The notes below the pieces were generated by a model that was given only the letters and a program-made list of their open reading frames with translations, had not been told where the DNA came from and did not search any database. From the human T2T-CHM13v2.0 reference genome, Homo sapiens, in NCBI RefSeq assembly GCF_009914755.1, contig NC_060931.1: a stretch of DNA of 64,000 nucleotides. One strand, 5' to 3'. Each line of letters opens with the position of its first letter. The stretch's first letter is position 1. The position numbers were made by a program, and so were the translations under genes. Positions 11,897 through 26,154 of the stretch are shown piece by piece.

Positions 11897-14569
11897 GTGG
11901 TAGATCCATTGCTGTAGTTATAGACATTTCAGGTTTGCTAGCTATTACTATTCCCCCAGTTTAAGCCCAGACTGAGGAGGCCTGGGTAAATGTAGGTCAC
12001 GTACATAGATTTTCATTTAGTTAAAAGTTTTTATTTGTACTTTTACAAAATCATTTTAATATATAAAAAACTTAGTGTTTTTTAGTGTACAGTTAATTTA
12101 AGGTGACTTTTAGACAGGAAGGTACATTTTTATTTCCTCTCCTTAGTCCCCCTGTCTTTTCTTTCTCCAATAGTATCCTGACATTACTATATGTGGGACG
12201 TTATTTAACCTGCCTTTAAGAACATGTATAATTTGGTTCTGAAGTGTGGAACAATACACTTTATTTAAAATGTTCAGGACATTATGTAGCTCTAGAGGAG
12301 AGAAAAATAGATTTTTTAAAAAAGCAAAGGAGCTAAATACAGCAATTACTTCCAATGACATTACATGCTGCCTATTCAGAGTGTTTTTCAAGAAACACAT
12401 ACATTAAATGTTATGTGTTAAACAGACCCCTGTTCAATATGAAAATGATTAGGGCATAAACATTTCATAAGAGGAAGTTATGATTGAGGACTGAGAATGA
12501 TATCTCCTGACTTGCTCTGTGGAACAGATAATCAAGTTGTCTTTCAATGACTGAACCTGCAGTGAATGTTTTACTTGGGAAATAAATGAAATTGATTATA
12601 TATTCTAGACAAAAAAAAAAACACGCTGTAATTACTTTCAATTTCCTCATAAATGTTTTTCCACTAGCAGAGATTTTTAAAATTGTTAGAAATTACAAGA
12701 GGATGGGAGCAAGAGTGTTTTAATCATAGGAATTAAGAGCAGAAAAGACCTATTGGGTTGGTCCATCCTTCTTCTTGCCAAGAAGGTACCACATTTATTC
12801 TGCTCAGTCCAACCTATAGAATTTAAGTGATGGCCTCCACCACTTTTTTTAAGGCAGTCTTGCACTGATTTCTTTACTGGGTTTCAGAAGATAATGGGAG
12901 CTTTAACCAAACTTGCAAATCAATTTCTAAAACTGCCAGTCTTCAAGACAACTCTCTGGCCTGAAAATCATTTTGAGCCAATCCTGTTTGCAGTGCTGAT
13001 CCCTCTTCATTATCTGCCTTTTTTCATTACCCTCTCTGTCACTAGACCAAAATACAAGTTTCTCTTTCTGCCAAACACTCCCCATAGAATGAGGCAAACC
13101 TGGGCAGTCCTATGGCAAGACTGAACTATATACTCGGGTGCTGCTTTCCCCTCTTCACCCCAAGAATGCTTCCCCTCCTTTCAACAGATGACCTACATGA
13201 GACTGCTCAGGCCACTGGGCTTCTGTTTCTTAGCCCCTCACTGCTCTGTCCATCTCCCTCCTGGAACCTGCCATTCTGCATGTCATTACTAACTTCCCTC
13301 TAAACATTTCCACTGAATGCTTTGGAAACAAATTCTTGGTACCCTCAAATGTCTCCTGTAAAGTCTCCTCTTTCTTTTTAACCTGATTCTCAATTTTGGT
13401 CATTTGTATTCCACCTCCATAATTTTTGCTATATCTGTATGCCATTTGTTTGGGTAAATATGGGCTTTCTATTTCAGCTGGGAAACTGACAAGAAGAGGT
13501 ACATTTTAGCAAATGGAATAAAGCAACAAGTGCCAGGTACTTACATCTCAAAGTAAAGTGCTACCCAAGACATAATAGGATATTTTGAAACTAGATCATT
13601 TTTAGTCTTCATCTTCTTCAAGGGTATGAATGGATTGACCATATAGGGCAAGAGAAATTTTCTTCCCTTAGCCTCCGTAGGAGGGATAGGTAGAACAAGA
13701 TGGAAGATATACTATCAGAAGCAGAAACTGGCGTTCAGCTTTGTGAGTTGCCAGAGAAGGGACCTTCCCCTTATTAAAGAACTCATAGCCACATCTTCCT
13801 TTTTGAGGGAACTTTAGGGAAATACTTAACACCTCTCACTGGGAATCTGCCAGATCCACAGGGCACAGATGCAGATTTCATTTGTGGCATTCTACTCCTA
13901 TTCTCCACTCCCCATGTGCTTCCCCCCAAAATCTGAGAGGAGTCAAAGGTGGCGTGGGATAGGAGGAGGGGAGGAGCTGCCCCAGCAGTTGCAGGGAGGA
14001 TAGGGAGGCCGGCCTTTCCTCTTCCCCACTTTAGACACCCCAGTCTGAAGCAGCACCAAGATGACAGGGAGAAAGGTTTCCCTTTGAAGCAAGTTTGGAG
14101 TTTTGGTAATTAAGCTGTACTGGTACCCTTAATTATTGAACTGACCCTGTTTTTTGGACTGTAAGGGACAGAAAGTCTTTGCATTTTGCAACAGTGTCCA
14201 GAAAATGATATGGATTGGCCCAACAGCAGGAGGTCTACAGATTGAGTATAAAAGAATAACTGGGTTGGGGGCAGAAGAGAGAAATGTTTTCGTCTTTCAC
14301 TCTATGATATCACACTCTTTCCTCATCTCACACTGTTAGCATTTGTGAGGCTCTCTAGAGATCCTTTAAGGCTTATTATCCAGGGCTACATATATACACA
14401 GGGCTCATCAAATACCCAGTAGTGAAAAAAAGAGCCAAAATGCTCCAATGTCAAAACCATTCTGGAGGCACAAGAACATTCTATCAATTGGCTGTGTTTA
14501 AAGATTCAGAGCTCTGAGTGGAATCTTATCCATGAACATGAACTTAATGGTTTTTCTTAAATTATTTTT

Positions 14570-14990
14570 AATCAGTTTTTTGAGCTATAGTTTATATAAA
14601 GTGTATCCCTTTTAGGAGTACAGTTCTATGAATCTCAAAAAATGTACACATTTATTTAATTACTACCACAATTGAATTATAGAATATTTCTATTAGCCTG
14701 AAAACTTTGTATCCTTTTCAATCGATCCCTACTCTCCCCCACCACCAACTCCTGTTTTGGCCTTTCCCATAGCGTCATATAAGTGGAATAACACAATGTA
14801 TAGTATTTTCTTCCTGGCTTATTTTATGTAGTATAAAGTTTGAAGACTCATCCTCATTGTGTGTATTAATAGTCTCTTTTTATTACTGAGTAGGATTTCA
14901 TTGTATGTTTATACCATCATCTGTTTATCCATTCATTAGTAAACTGATATTTGGATTATTTCATTTTCTGGAGATTATAAATAAAACAGT
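14570..14990 (-). mobile_element. Old L1M 3' end fragment
   Basis: Reverse L1MB/ME 3'UTR motifs (gtacagttctatgaat, tagaatatttc, gtggaataacacaatgtatag, tgtttatccattca). Confidence 0.7.
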
Positions 14991-15770
14991 TCACCTTAAA
15001 ATCTTAAAATTTTCTTTAGTTTTGTCTTGAACAGTAGGTTTGGAATGTTAATTACATATATATTTATATATATATTTAGGGAGAAAGAGACATTAATACA
15101 AATACATAACTATGAATATGAAGCCTTTTGTCTTTGTACACTGGGATAAAGGAAATAACATTCTTGTTGGAGGAAATGGGCATCTATGGGTAAAAATAAG
15201 GTGGCCTGAAATACTTGTTTTAAAAAGAGAAAATATATTTGAAAAGCAAATGAACCCATACAAATACAAATGAGCCAAGTACAAGTAACTAATTAAGAAA
15301 TATTTTTCCCGCAATTTACCTTTGTCATCTTTATTTTTATCAATGTCTTATGGTGAATTACCTCTAGAACTACTGTGAATTATCAAAAACCACGATATGA
15401 AAAGTATGTGAAGAAAACTGTTTCTTTAGAGGCTGATGACCAAATTCTCAAGTATTTGTGTTCAATTTCTAAGTTATTAGGAGTTTGCCCTCTAATCATC
15501 AGAATACAAGAAATTATCATTCCATTTGAGTGGGAACTTTTATTATTTCTTAAGACTCAACATTCATCTTTCAGATAAATACAATAACTTTTTCAGTTTT
15601 GCTTTGAAAAAGAGAAAAGGATTGGAAATGACCAGCTATCAATTTTATTGGTATTGAAAAGGCTGAGGTGATGGCCTAAATTTGGATTATGTAAAAACAA
15701 TGGACTTCTAACAAGGGCAGAGGAAATCGAATGAGGAAAAATGTGCTCAGCTATGAGCTCTGCAACCTAG

Positions 15771-16526
15771 TGATACAGAAAGGGGTAAGGGAAATGCTGT
15801 GTAGAGGAGGGCATGGTCCCTGGCTAGGACACCACCCCTGGGCCTGCGCCCACAGACCTAGGTGAGGACAGGTATTTTTTTTTCCTGCCCAAATGTTTCA
15901 TTTTCCAAGACCACCCTGGCCTGTCACGCCCCCATCCTGTGCCTACAAAAACCCTGAGACCCTAACAGGCAGACACACAAGCGGCTGGACATTGAGAGGA
16001 ACACATCAGCAAAGGACAGATGTAGGCACACTGGCAGGCCATCAACCAGGTGCAGGGCGGGAACAAGGTGCAGTTTGGCTCATGCGGTTGGAAGAGAGCC
16101 CTGGCTGCTGAGTGGCCTGACTCCCGGGGAAAACCATCTCCCTTCTGGCTCCCGCATCTGCTGAGAGCTACTTCCACTGAATAAAACCTTGCACTCATTC
16201 TCCAAGCCTACGTATGATCCGATTCTTCCGGTACACAAAGGCAAGAGCGCCAGGATACAGAAAGGCCTCTGTTCTGGTGGTAAGGCCGGGGTCTAATTGA
16301 GCTAACACAAGCCACCTAGGAATAGCTAAACTAAAAGAGCACCCTGTAACACACGCCCACAGGGGCTTCAGCTGTAAATATTCACGCCTAGACACTGCCA
16401 TGGGGTCAGAGCCCCACAGCCTGCCTGTATACTCCCCTAGAAGTTTGAAGAGTGGGGCACTCAAGAAGTAAGCCGCAATCCCATCACATGCCCTGCGAGA
16501 GGGACAAGGGAAATTTTCCTGTTTCA
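15771..16526 (+). mobile_element. LTR1-family (ERV1) solo LTR
   Basis: 756 bp, TGATAC...TTTCA termini, gacctaggtgaggacagg, poly(A) signal aataaaaccttgcactc, GC-richer than flanks. Confidence 0.8.
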
Positions 16527-16657
16527 CTCTGCTTTAAAATAAATTCATCATTACCAATCTCTGAACAATTAATGGGAGATGAAAGAATAACATTCTGGAA
16601 AATAGGTGCCAAGGAACAAGTAATAACACAAAGGAGAGGACTTCATCATGTCAATCA

Positions 16658-16969
<312 letters not shown>

Positions 16970-17199
16970 GTATTGGGCAAATGACGTATTTGTGGCTTGA
17001 GAGAACAAGCATCCTCTAAATTCCAGATAATCAGTTTACAATTAAAATCTTAGAGCACAACTTATATGTGTAAGTTGGGGAGTGTCTACATTTTAATAAA
17101 ATTATTTTTGTCTCTCTATTCTTCTCATCCATATACCAAATAACATGCTTCTTCCATGTAATTTATAGATTTTGTAAAAGAAGTTTAACTCTCAAAAAG

Positions 17200-18320
17200 C
17201 AGAGCATCTCATTAAATATCTACTTAAGAAATTAAATAATAAATACACATAATTAAAACTAAATAATACACATAATTTTCAAGCACATGGAACATTTGTG
17301 AAAACTGATCTCAGAAAGGAAGTCTTCATCCATTTCAAATAAACAGAATACTTTCCCTTACCTTAGCGCACTAAACAAATGATATTAAAGTTGCCCTAAA
17401 AAGACATTTTTTGCTTCAAAAAGACCAAAAACTTTAAAACAAAAAAGAAAACAAAAAGGGGGGAGAAGGGGAGTAAGATCTTCATGAATAAGCTTTTATA
17501 TAGCTTTACTAAAGGAATAAGAGAACACTTTAGTATTAATGGGCAATGTGATATGTATGTTAATAGAATGGCTGGTATTGTAAAGATGTTGATTTTCCTC
17601 ACATCTGCAACATGTACAAGCGGCTAGAGTTTAGAATCCAAAATAGTCAAAGAACTCCTATTAACAACCACAAAAAAAGACAACCTGGTAGAAAAATAAG
17701 CAGATAATATGAATAGACAAGTTAGAAAAGATAAAATGCAAATGACCAATAAACATTTAAAAGGAAATCAATTTCACCAGTAATCAGAAAAATTCTAATT
17801 ACAATAAAGAGATTGTATTAGTCTGTATTCACACTGCTGATAAAGACATACCTGAGACTGGGAAGAAAAAGAGGTTTAATTAGACTTACAGTTCCACATG
17901 GCTGGGGAGGCATCAGAATCATGGCAGGAGGTGAAAGGCACTTCTTACGTGCTGGCAGTAAGAGAATATGAGGAAGAAGCAAAAGTGGAAACTCCTGATA
18001 AACCCATCATATCTCATGAGACTTATTCACTATTCCCAGAATACCATGGGAAAGATTACCCCTATTATTCAATTACCTCCCCCTGGGTCCCTCCCACAAC
18101 ACAGGGGAATTCTGGGAGATACAATTCAAGATGAGATTTGGGTGGGGACACAGCCAAACCATATGAGAGATGTTATTATCTTTTCATCCTTTTAAATAAC
18201 AAAAACATTAAAACATCAGACAATATCAAATACTGGAAAGATTGTTAGGAAGTGGATATAATATTGTTGCAGCCCCCCTTAGGAGCAATTTGGCAATATC
18301 AGTTAATAAACCTGAAAAAC
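17200..18320 (+). mobile_element. Very old L1ME-type ORF2 fragments, interrupted by THE1
   Basis: caagcacatggaacatttg, atgaatagacaa, atgcaaatgaccaataaacat, gagcaatttggcaatatc. Confidence 0.55.
17814..18166 (-). mobile_element. THE1C/D solo LTR
   Basis: tgtattagtc...ggggacacagccaaaccatat; 5-bp TSD gagat on both sides. Confidence 0.95.
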
Positions 18321-18359
18321 AGGTTTGACTGATTACTGTCTTCCTTAAGCCAGCCATAG

Positions 18360-18622
18360 GACAACAATAATCATGACAGCTTACATGCCTGGAGTGCCTA
18401 CTTAGTAAAGGTGACTATTCTAAGACCTTTTTGTATATGAATTCATCCGATTCCCATAACAACTGTGTGGTGTAGAAGCTATTGTTATTCTCACTTTTTG
18501 GGTGGGGAAACTGAGGTGCAGACAGATGAATACCTTGGCCAAGGTCACCTGGCAGAACCAGTCTTTGACATGCGGCTGTCTGGCTCCTGAGCCTGATTTC
18601 AACCACTCACCACATGCTGCCT
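18360..18622 (-). mobile_element. MIR SINE
   Basis: ggaaactgaggtgcaga, ccttggccaaggtcac, ctggctcctgagcc. Confidence 0.75.
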
Positions 18623-20074
18623 TTCTAGGACAACACTATCTCATGTACACAAAGTTATGAGGGCCAACATATTTTACAGCAGTGAGCAAAATTGGAAGCA
18701 AAATAAATGTCTTCGAAGAGGGTATTAGAAAAATGAAATAGGTCTGAATACTGTTTGTGATTAAAGGATGAATTAATACATGGACAGATCTAAAAAAAAA
18801 TAGTATGATAAGAAAGGGTTTTTTTTTAATACAACTTATAAAAAAGCTGTCTGCCTAATGGAAACTTGGGGTGGGGGAAGGTATGGCCAAGTTACCATGA
18901 AGTTTGTAATGAAATATTTTACTTTTAAAATAACATTTTACTTTTTCAAGGTAAATTTTCAATGGAAAGTTTTAAACAATATTTTACTTTTCTAAAATAA
19001 ACTTTTGATGGAATAATACATATCTTAATCTATCAATAAAAGAACCAAACAGATGCAAACCAAATAGGATTAGTAAAACTGAAGGGAGAAACCATTTTAA
19101 CCACTAATGTATGTATTTGAAAAAAGGAAAATTCACATATTACGCATGTAATTTTAAAAAACATTAACATAAGGTGAGAATTAATTCAAATACTTATAAT
19201 TTATTCTGTGTTATTGGATTATAGGTGATGATTATGTGCTTCCTTATTCTGTGATTTTCGAATTTCCAAATACAAAAAGAAATACAACCCAAATAAGAAA
19301 GAATAAGCAGGAAAAGGAAGAAACAAAGGAAAGAATGTAAGGGAAAAAAGTACAAAAAATGATGGCTTATATTTTCAAAGCTCACATCTGTTGGGTTTCA
19401 GGATGTGCACACACTGGAGGAATACAAAAGAGGAGAATATCATAAAGGTTCTGGTATTAGGAAAATTGGTACCAAGAATGTACCTGGCATGGCATTAAAC
19501 AGATATGTTTAAGACAACAAAGTCAGTCTGGTGGTTTGCCTTTCTATTTAGTGTGTGTGTGTTTTCTATATTGGAAAAGGAAGAGCAAAGAAGAAATATG
19601 CTTAGTGTATAGAATCTAGTATGATATTCACAGGAAACAGAAATAAAGTTGAGCTTTTGAAACTCCAGTTAAAGTTGCATAAAAAAATCTGGAAGTCATA
19701 ATTAATGCGTAATGTGTCAGGATCAAAATTTGCAAATATCTTGACAAGCTGGAAACCAACAAAATACAATTTATCAAGGATGATTCATTCACTTTGTTGT
19801 GTGTGGGGGTGGGTGGGGCATATTTATGTGCTCTGTGGAGGTTACAAAGATAAATGAGAAGTAGTCACTGCCAGGGATGATATAAAAATATTTAGCCTCT
19901 AGTATGACAATAGCATTAAGCAATCAGAAAGAAGGCAAAAAACCAACAAGTACTCCCATCCCCATCACGGCCCTCACCCTTAAGAAGCTGGGTAATGTAA
20001 TAGGACAATAAGAAAATGTATTCACTGCCATGCAATGCAGAACGTCATTGTCACAGAATACTATAAAGGGCTGG

Positions 20075-20109
20075 GTGTGTGTATTTGTGTGTGTGTGTGT
20101 GTGTGTGTG
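20075..20109. repeat. (TG)n microsatellite
   Basis: Direct reading; one interruption. Confidence 0.95.
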
Positions 20110-20429
20110 CATGTGCTCATGCTGGGTAAGTTTGAGTATGGAGGAGATGAACCTCAAAGAAGGGATGAAACATCAAGAGACGGAGAAAAGGACATTCCAA
20201 AGAGAAAGGACAGCCTGAGAAAAAGTGTGAAGGCAAGAAATTATGGGAATCTTTACCAGAGAATCCAGAATAGATAGCCCAAGGTGGCAGGAAAACGGGT
20301 GTATAAAAAACATACATCAGGATTTTGCCTAGATCATGTAAAGTCTGCAAAACAAGCAAATGTGTTTGAATTTAATTATTTAGGTAATAGTGAGTCACTG
20401 AAGGTTTCTTGATTTAAAACGAGCAACCA

Positions 20430-20750
<321 letters not shown>

Positions 20751-20808
20751 CTAGAACCATCAGACAAGTGAAAGTATTCCATCTTGAGCTATCCTCATTA
20801 TCTCCTTT

Positions 20809-21358
20809 TGTGCTAGACAGAATAATGACCCCCCAAGGCATCTGTGCGCTAGTTTTCAGAACCTGTGAATATGTTACCTTTGCAGATGCGGGTAAGGTCA
20901 AGGGCCTTCTGAAGGGGAGATAGTCCTGGATCATCAGGGTGGGTCCAGTATAATTACCCGAGTTTCTCAAAGCAGAGAACCTTTCCCGTCTGTCAGAGAG
21001 AGATACAATTTGAGAAGGACTCCTTCTTTATTGCTGGCTTTGAAAATGAGGATGGGAATCATGAATTAAGAAATGAAGTGACCTCCAGAACTGGGAACAG
21101 TCCTCAGTGGACTATACACTTGAAAAGGGGGATCTCAGTCCTGAAACTGCAAGGAATTGAATTATGCCAACCACTCGATGAGCAGGAAACAGATTCTCCC
21201 CTAGAGCTGCCATAAGGAAATGCAGCCCTAGGCAACGTAATGGTATCCTGGTGAAATCTGTACTGGACTTCTGACCTACAGAACTGTAAGATAGTAAAAG
21301 TGTGTTTATGATGCAAAGTTTGTGGTAATTTGTTATAGCAGAAATAGAAAACTAATAC
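20809..21358 (+). mobile_element. MLT1D/E MaLR solo LTR
   Basis: tgtgctagacagaataatg...acctgtgaatatgttacc ... ttgttatagcagaaatagaaaactaatac. Confidence 0.85.
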
Positions 21359-21968
21359 TTGTATATTTTAGGCACTTTGGTTCTTTCAATTCTTCCAATG
21401 AATCATACACCCTCCTGCCCCAGAGTCTTTGCATGCATTTTTGTATCTAACGGGTATACCTTGTCTCAGATCCCACCACCTCCACAGCCTTTGCGAAGAA
21501 GGTTTCTCTCTCTCTGTGCTTTACGATTGCTACTTTCTCAGAAAAGCCTCCATCAAATCTGAATTCCCACTGTGGCGTTGTATCTCAAAGTCTCAAAGTC
21601 TCTTGCTCACTCATTGCAGATGTTCAGTAAATATCTGCATAAGAAAGTAGAATTTGCCAGCAATGGTGTACCTCCAAGTGTTCATTTGCTCACACAAGGT
21701 AGTATCCACCAGATTGCTCCTTTGTAAAAGAACTTTTTTATGTCTCTAATTAATAAGTATTCTGTGTGGCAATAATTTGGGACCCTGTGAATGTCTTCTC
21801 TCCTAATATTTGACTCAATTGTTTTAGAAGTCATTAATGATCCTTGCTATATTTATTGATATAATTGGACACAAAATTGTAATATTCTACTCTAACTTTT
21901 CTTCTATTTATTAGCTGATATTCTGTTAAGAAGAGTATTCTTTCCTCGGCCTTCAATATTGCTACGGA

Positions 21969-22203
21969 CATATATATATGTATATATGCACATATACACA
22001 TATAGCTATATATATATCTGTATGTATATGTGTGTGTATATCCATATGGCTATAAATGCCATACATATATATATATAGCTGTATGTATATGTGTGTATAT
22101 CCATATGGCTATAATGCCATATGGCTATATGGATATACACACATGTGTATACATACATATACACACATATGCATGTATATATGTATATTTACACACACAT
22201 ATG
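21969..22203. repeat. Compound (TA)/(TG)/(CA) low-complexity repeat with internal duplication and inverted repeat
   Basis: Direct reading. Confidence 0.9.
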
Positions 22204-22593
22204 TAATAGTTTTTTCCCCCTGAATGTGATTTAATTGTTGTCATTACTCTGATGCTTGTCTCTAGTTTGGCCAGAGCTGGCCCCTTCAAGCCAACTGCTG
22301 TGTCCTTTTCATAATATCATGTTAGACTTTGGTTACTTTCTTGCTTCCTGGCACAAATTTTTCCAAGCTCACCTATTTTCTCTGCCTCAGACCTAGAATC
22401 ATGGAAACTAAAAGGACAAAAAGTGACAATTATCTTATAGAAAGAAATTTACTACAAAAACACAAACTATTTTTGTCCTTATACTGAGTATGGTATAAAA
22501 TACTTGAGGAAAGTAGGCTTAAAACTGCTTAATAAAAAATTTATATTGAGAAATAAATCTTTACATTTGTATTGAGAAATAAATCTGTACATC

Positions 22594-24435
22594 AGAAATA
22601 AATCTGTACATTTACAGTGAACTCATCCTTGACAAAAGTACCAAAAAACATACATTGTGGAAAAGACACTCTCTTCTATAAATAGTGCTGGGAAAACTGG
22701 ATCTCTATATGCCAAAGAAAGAAACTAGACCCTATCTCTGGCCATTTACAAAAACAAAATAAAAATGGATTAAAGACTTAAACCTATGACCTGAAACTGT
22801 GAAACTACTAGAGGAGCATTGGAAAAACACTGTAGGATATTGGTCTTGGCAAAGATTTCTTGAATAAGATCTCAAAAGCATAGTCAACCAATGCAAAAAT
22901 GGACAAATGAGATTAGATGAAGCTAAAAAAAAAATATGCACAGCAAAGGAAACAACAAAGTGAAGAGGCAATCTATAGAATGCAAGAAAACATTTGCAAG
23001 CTACCCATCTGGCATGAGATTAATAACAAGAATATATAAAAAGTACAAATAACTTAGGAAAAAAATAATCTGTTTTTAAAATGGGCAAAAGATCTGAATA
23101 GACATTTCTCAAAAGAAGACATACAAATGGCCAACAGGTATATGAAAAAATGCTCATCATCACTAATCAGAGAAATGCAAATTAAAACTACAATGAGATA
23201 GCATCTCACCCCAGTTAAAATGGCTTTTATGCAAAAGACAGACAATAACAAATACTGGCGAGGATGTAGAGAAAGGGGAGACCTTGTACACTATTGGTGT
23301 GAATGTAAATTAGTACAATTGCTAGGGAGAACAGTCCAAAAAACTAAAAATAGAACTACCATATGGGCTAGCAATCTCACTACTGGGTATATATCTAAAA
23401 GAAAGGAAATCAGTATATCAAAGAGATGTCTTCACTATCATGTATATTGCAGCACTATTCACAGTAGCCTAAATAAGGAATCAACCTAAATGTCTGATAT
23501 GGTTTAGATGTGTCCCCACCCAAATCTCATCAACAATTGTAATCCAAATTGTAATCCACATGTGTTGAGGGAAAGACCTGGTGGGAGGTGATTGGATCAT
23601 GGGGGCGGTTTTCACCATGCTGTTCTCATGAAAGTGAGTTCTCATGAGATCCCATAGTGTTATAAGAGGCAGTTTCCCCTGCTCTCTCTCACCTTCTGCC
23701 ATTAAGACATACTTGATTCCCCTTTGCTTTCCACCATGATTGTAAGTTTCCTGAGGCCTCCTAGCCATGCTTCCTGTTAAGCCTGCAGAACTGTGAGTCA
23801 ATTAAACCTCTTTCCTTTTTAAATTACCCAGTCTCAGGTAGTATTTTTAATAGCAGTATGAAATGGACTAATACAATGTCCATCAGTGAATTGATAAAGA
23901 AAATGTGGTACATACATACATTAATCATCCATAAAAAGAATGAAATCCTGTTATTTGCAACAACATGGATATAACTAAAAGACACTGTGTTAAGTGAAAT
24001 AAGCTAGACACGGAAAGATAAATATTGCATGCTCTCACTAATATGTAAGAGCTAAAAAACAATTGAACTCATGGAGATGGAGAGCAGAATGATGGTACCA
24101 GAGGGGTACCATGAGAAGGGGAGCCGGGAGGTTGGGGTAAAGAGTAGATGGTTAATGGGTACAAAAATACAGTTAGATTTTAAAAGGAGTAAGATTTAGT
24201 GTTCTGTAGCACAGTAAGGTGACTATAGTTAATAATTTCTTATGTATTTCAAAATAACTAAAAGAGTGAAATTGGAATGTTCCTAACACAAAGAAATAAG
24301 TGTTGAGGTGACAGATACTTCAATTACCCTGATTTGATCATTATGCATTATATGCTTGTATCAAAATATCTCATGTACACCATAAATATGTGTAAATATG
24401 ATATATCGAAAATAATTAAACACTTAAAAAAATTT
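22594..24435 (+). mobile_element. 5'-truncated L1MA (ORF2 3' part + 3'UTR), interrupted by an MST/THE1 LTR
   Basis: aaatagtgctgggaaaactgg, aaatgggcaaaagatctgaatagacatttctcaaaagaagac, caattaccctgatttgatcatt 3'UTR. Confidence 0.9.
23495..23875 (+). mobile_element. MSTA/THE1D solo LTR nested in L1MA
   Basis: tgatatggttt...ggactaataca; 5-bp TSD atgtc. Confidence 0.93.
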
Positions 24436-24560
24436 AAAGAAATCATTGAAACACCAGAAAAATGGCTCAATAACAGATGGACAATGTGAAATTGAATGAA
24501 ACTCTGGCTCCACAAAGTTTGCATAAAACTTAAAGTTTCCCTCAAATACTTATTTGAAAT

Positions 24561-24734
24561 CAGTAGCAAACTTGAAAGTGCATCAGAATCATTGGAAGAG
24601 CTTGTTAAATAGATTGCTGAGCCCCACCTCCAGGCTTCTCATCCAGTAGGTTTGAGTTGGGGCCTGAGAATTTGCATTTCTAACAAGTTCATAGGTGTTG
24701 TTGATGCTGCTGGTCTGGGAATCTTTGAGAACTA
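24561..24734. mobile_element. MER5A (hAT-Charlie MITE)
   Basis: gcatcagaatca, ggggcctgagaatttgcatttctaacaagttc, gatgctgctggtc, ctttgagaac. Confidence 0.85.
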
Positions 24735-25671
24735 TATGTTACAGAAGTTATCCCATTTGATTCTTTTGTTTTTCCCTGATATGTCCTTTCCCTGATGTGT
24801 AGTCTGTACATCACTGAATTTCAGTCATATTATTCCTAGTACCTACATACTTGTCTGGATAATTATATATTTGTGAGCAGGGAAAACCAGATTGGGGAGG
24901 GTGGTGGATTGGGGTAAGAAGCTGGGATTTGTTCATCTGCTGGCCATCAGGGGGAGTGCTGGTCAAGTTTTCTGCTAGAATCCTCTTAGAAGTTGTTAGC
25001 TCTTTCTAGGACTCTACATTATTCTTCTCTAATAGGTCCTCACCATCCACTAAATAAATGCGGTAAAAAAGCTTCTATCTTGAAAAAGAAACCACCTCTG
25101 GCCCCACATGATTTTGTTCTTTTTTTTCTCCTTTATAGCAAAATAGCTAGAAATATTTGACTTCCTGTCTTCACTTCCGGACTTCCCTTCCCATCTCTAC
25201 CTTCTCTTGCACTGGGTCACCACCACCTCCATGTCGCCAACTCTATGGCTCATTCCTGGTTATCATCTTACTTGCCCTCCCAGCAGCGTTTGATATGAGT
25301 GATTTCCACCCTCATATGTTTCTCTTCTTTGCTTGCTCTCCTCCCCTTCTAACTTCTTGTTTGCTGCATCCATCTCCTTCAGTGCTCCGAAATACCCTAG
25401 TTTCTGATATGGAATATCTACTGTTCTCCATGTATATGAACTTCCAGGTGATCTCATCTGGCTTTAAATATCATTGCCATACCACACCATGAATACAATT
25501 TGATGATGGCTTCCCCACCCCACCTACTCTCTACTCTTGGCCTAATCTGCCTGATGTGTTATTTACAATCTGATGTACCTAGCATCTCTGCAAAATGCAC
25601 CTTAATTCTTGTCTAAACTTCTACAGTCTCTCTGACAACTCTTGTATTCCTTCCTCCTGACTTCTCTTTAA

Positions 25672-26154
<483 letters not shown>

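Noticed and set aside
13640-14200. Possible ancient LTR (similar impression at ~51550-52670); possible hAT-Tip100 ends near 53800 and 55680
   Set aside because: Resemblance too weak to assign family or boundaries without a profile search.
19803-19820. G-quadruplex candidate
   Set aside because: Only three G-tracts.
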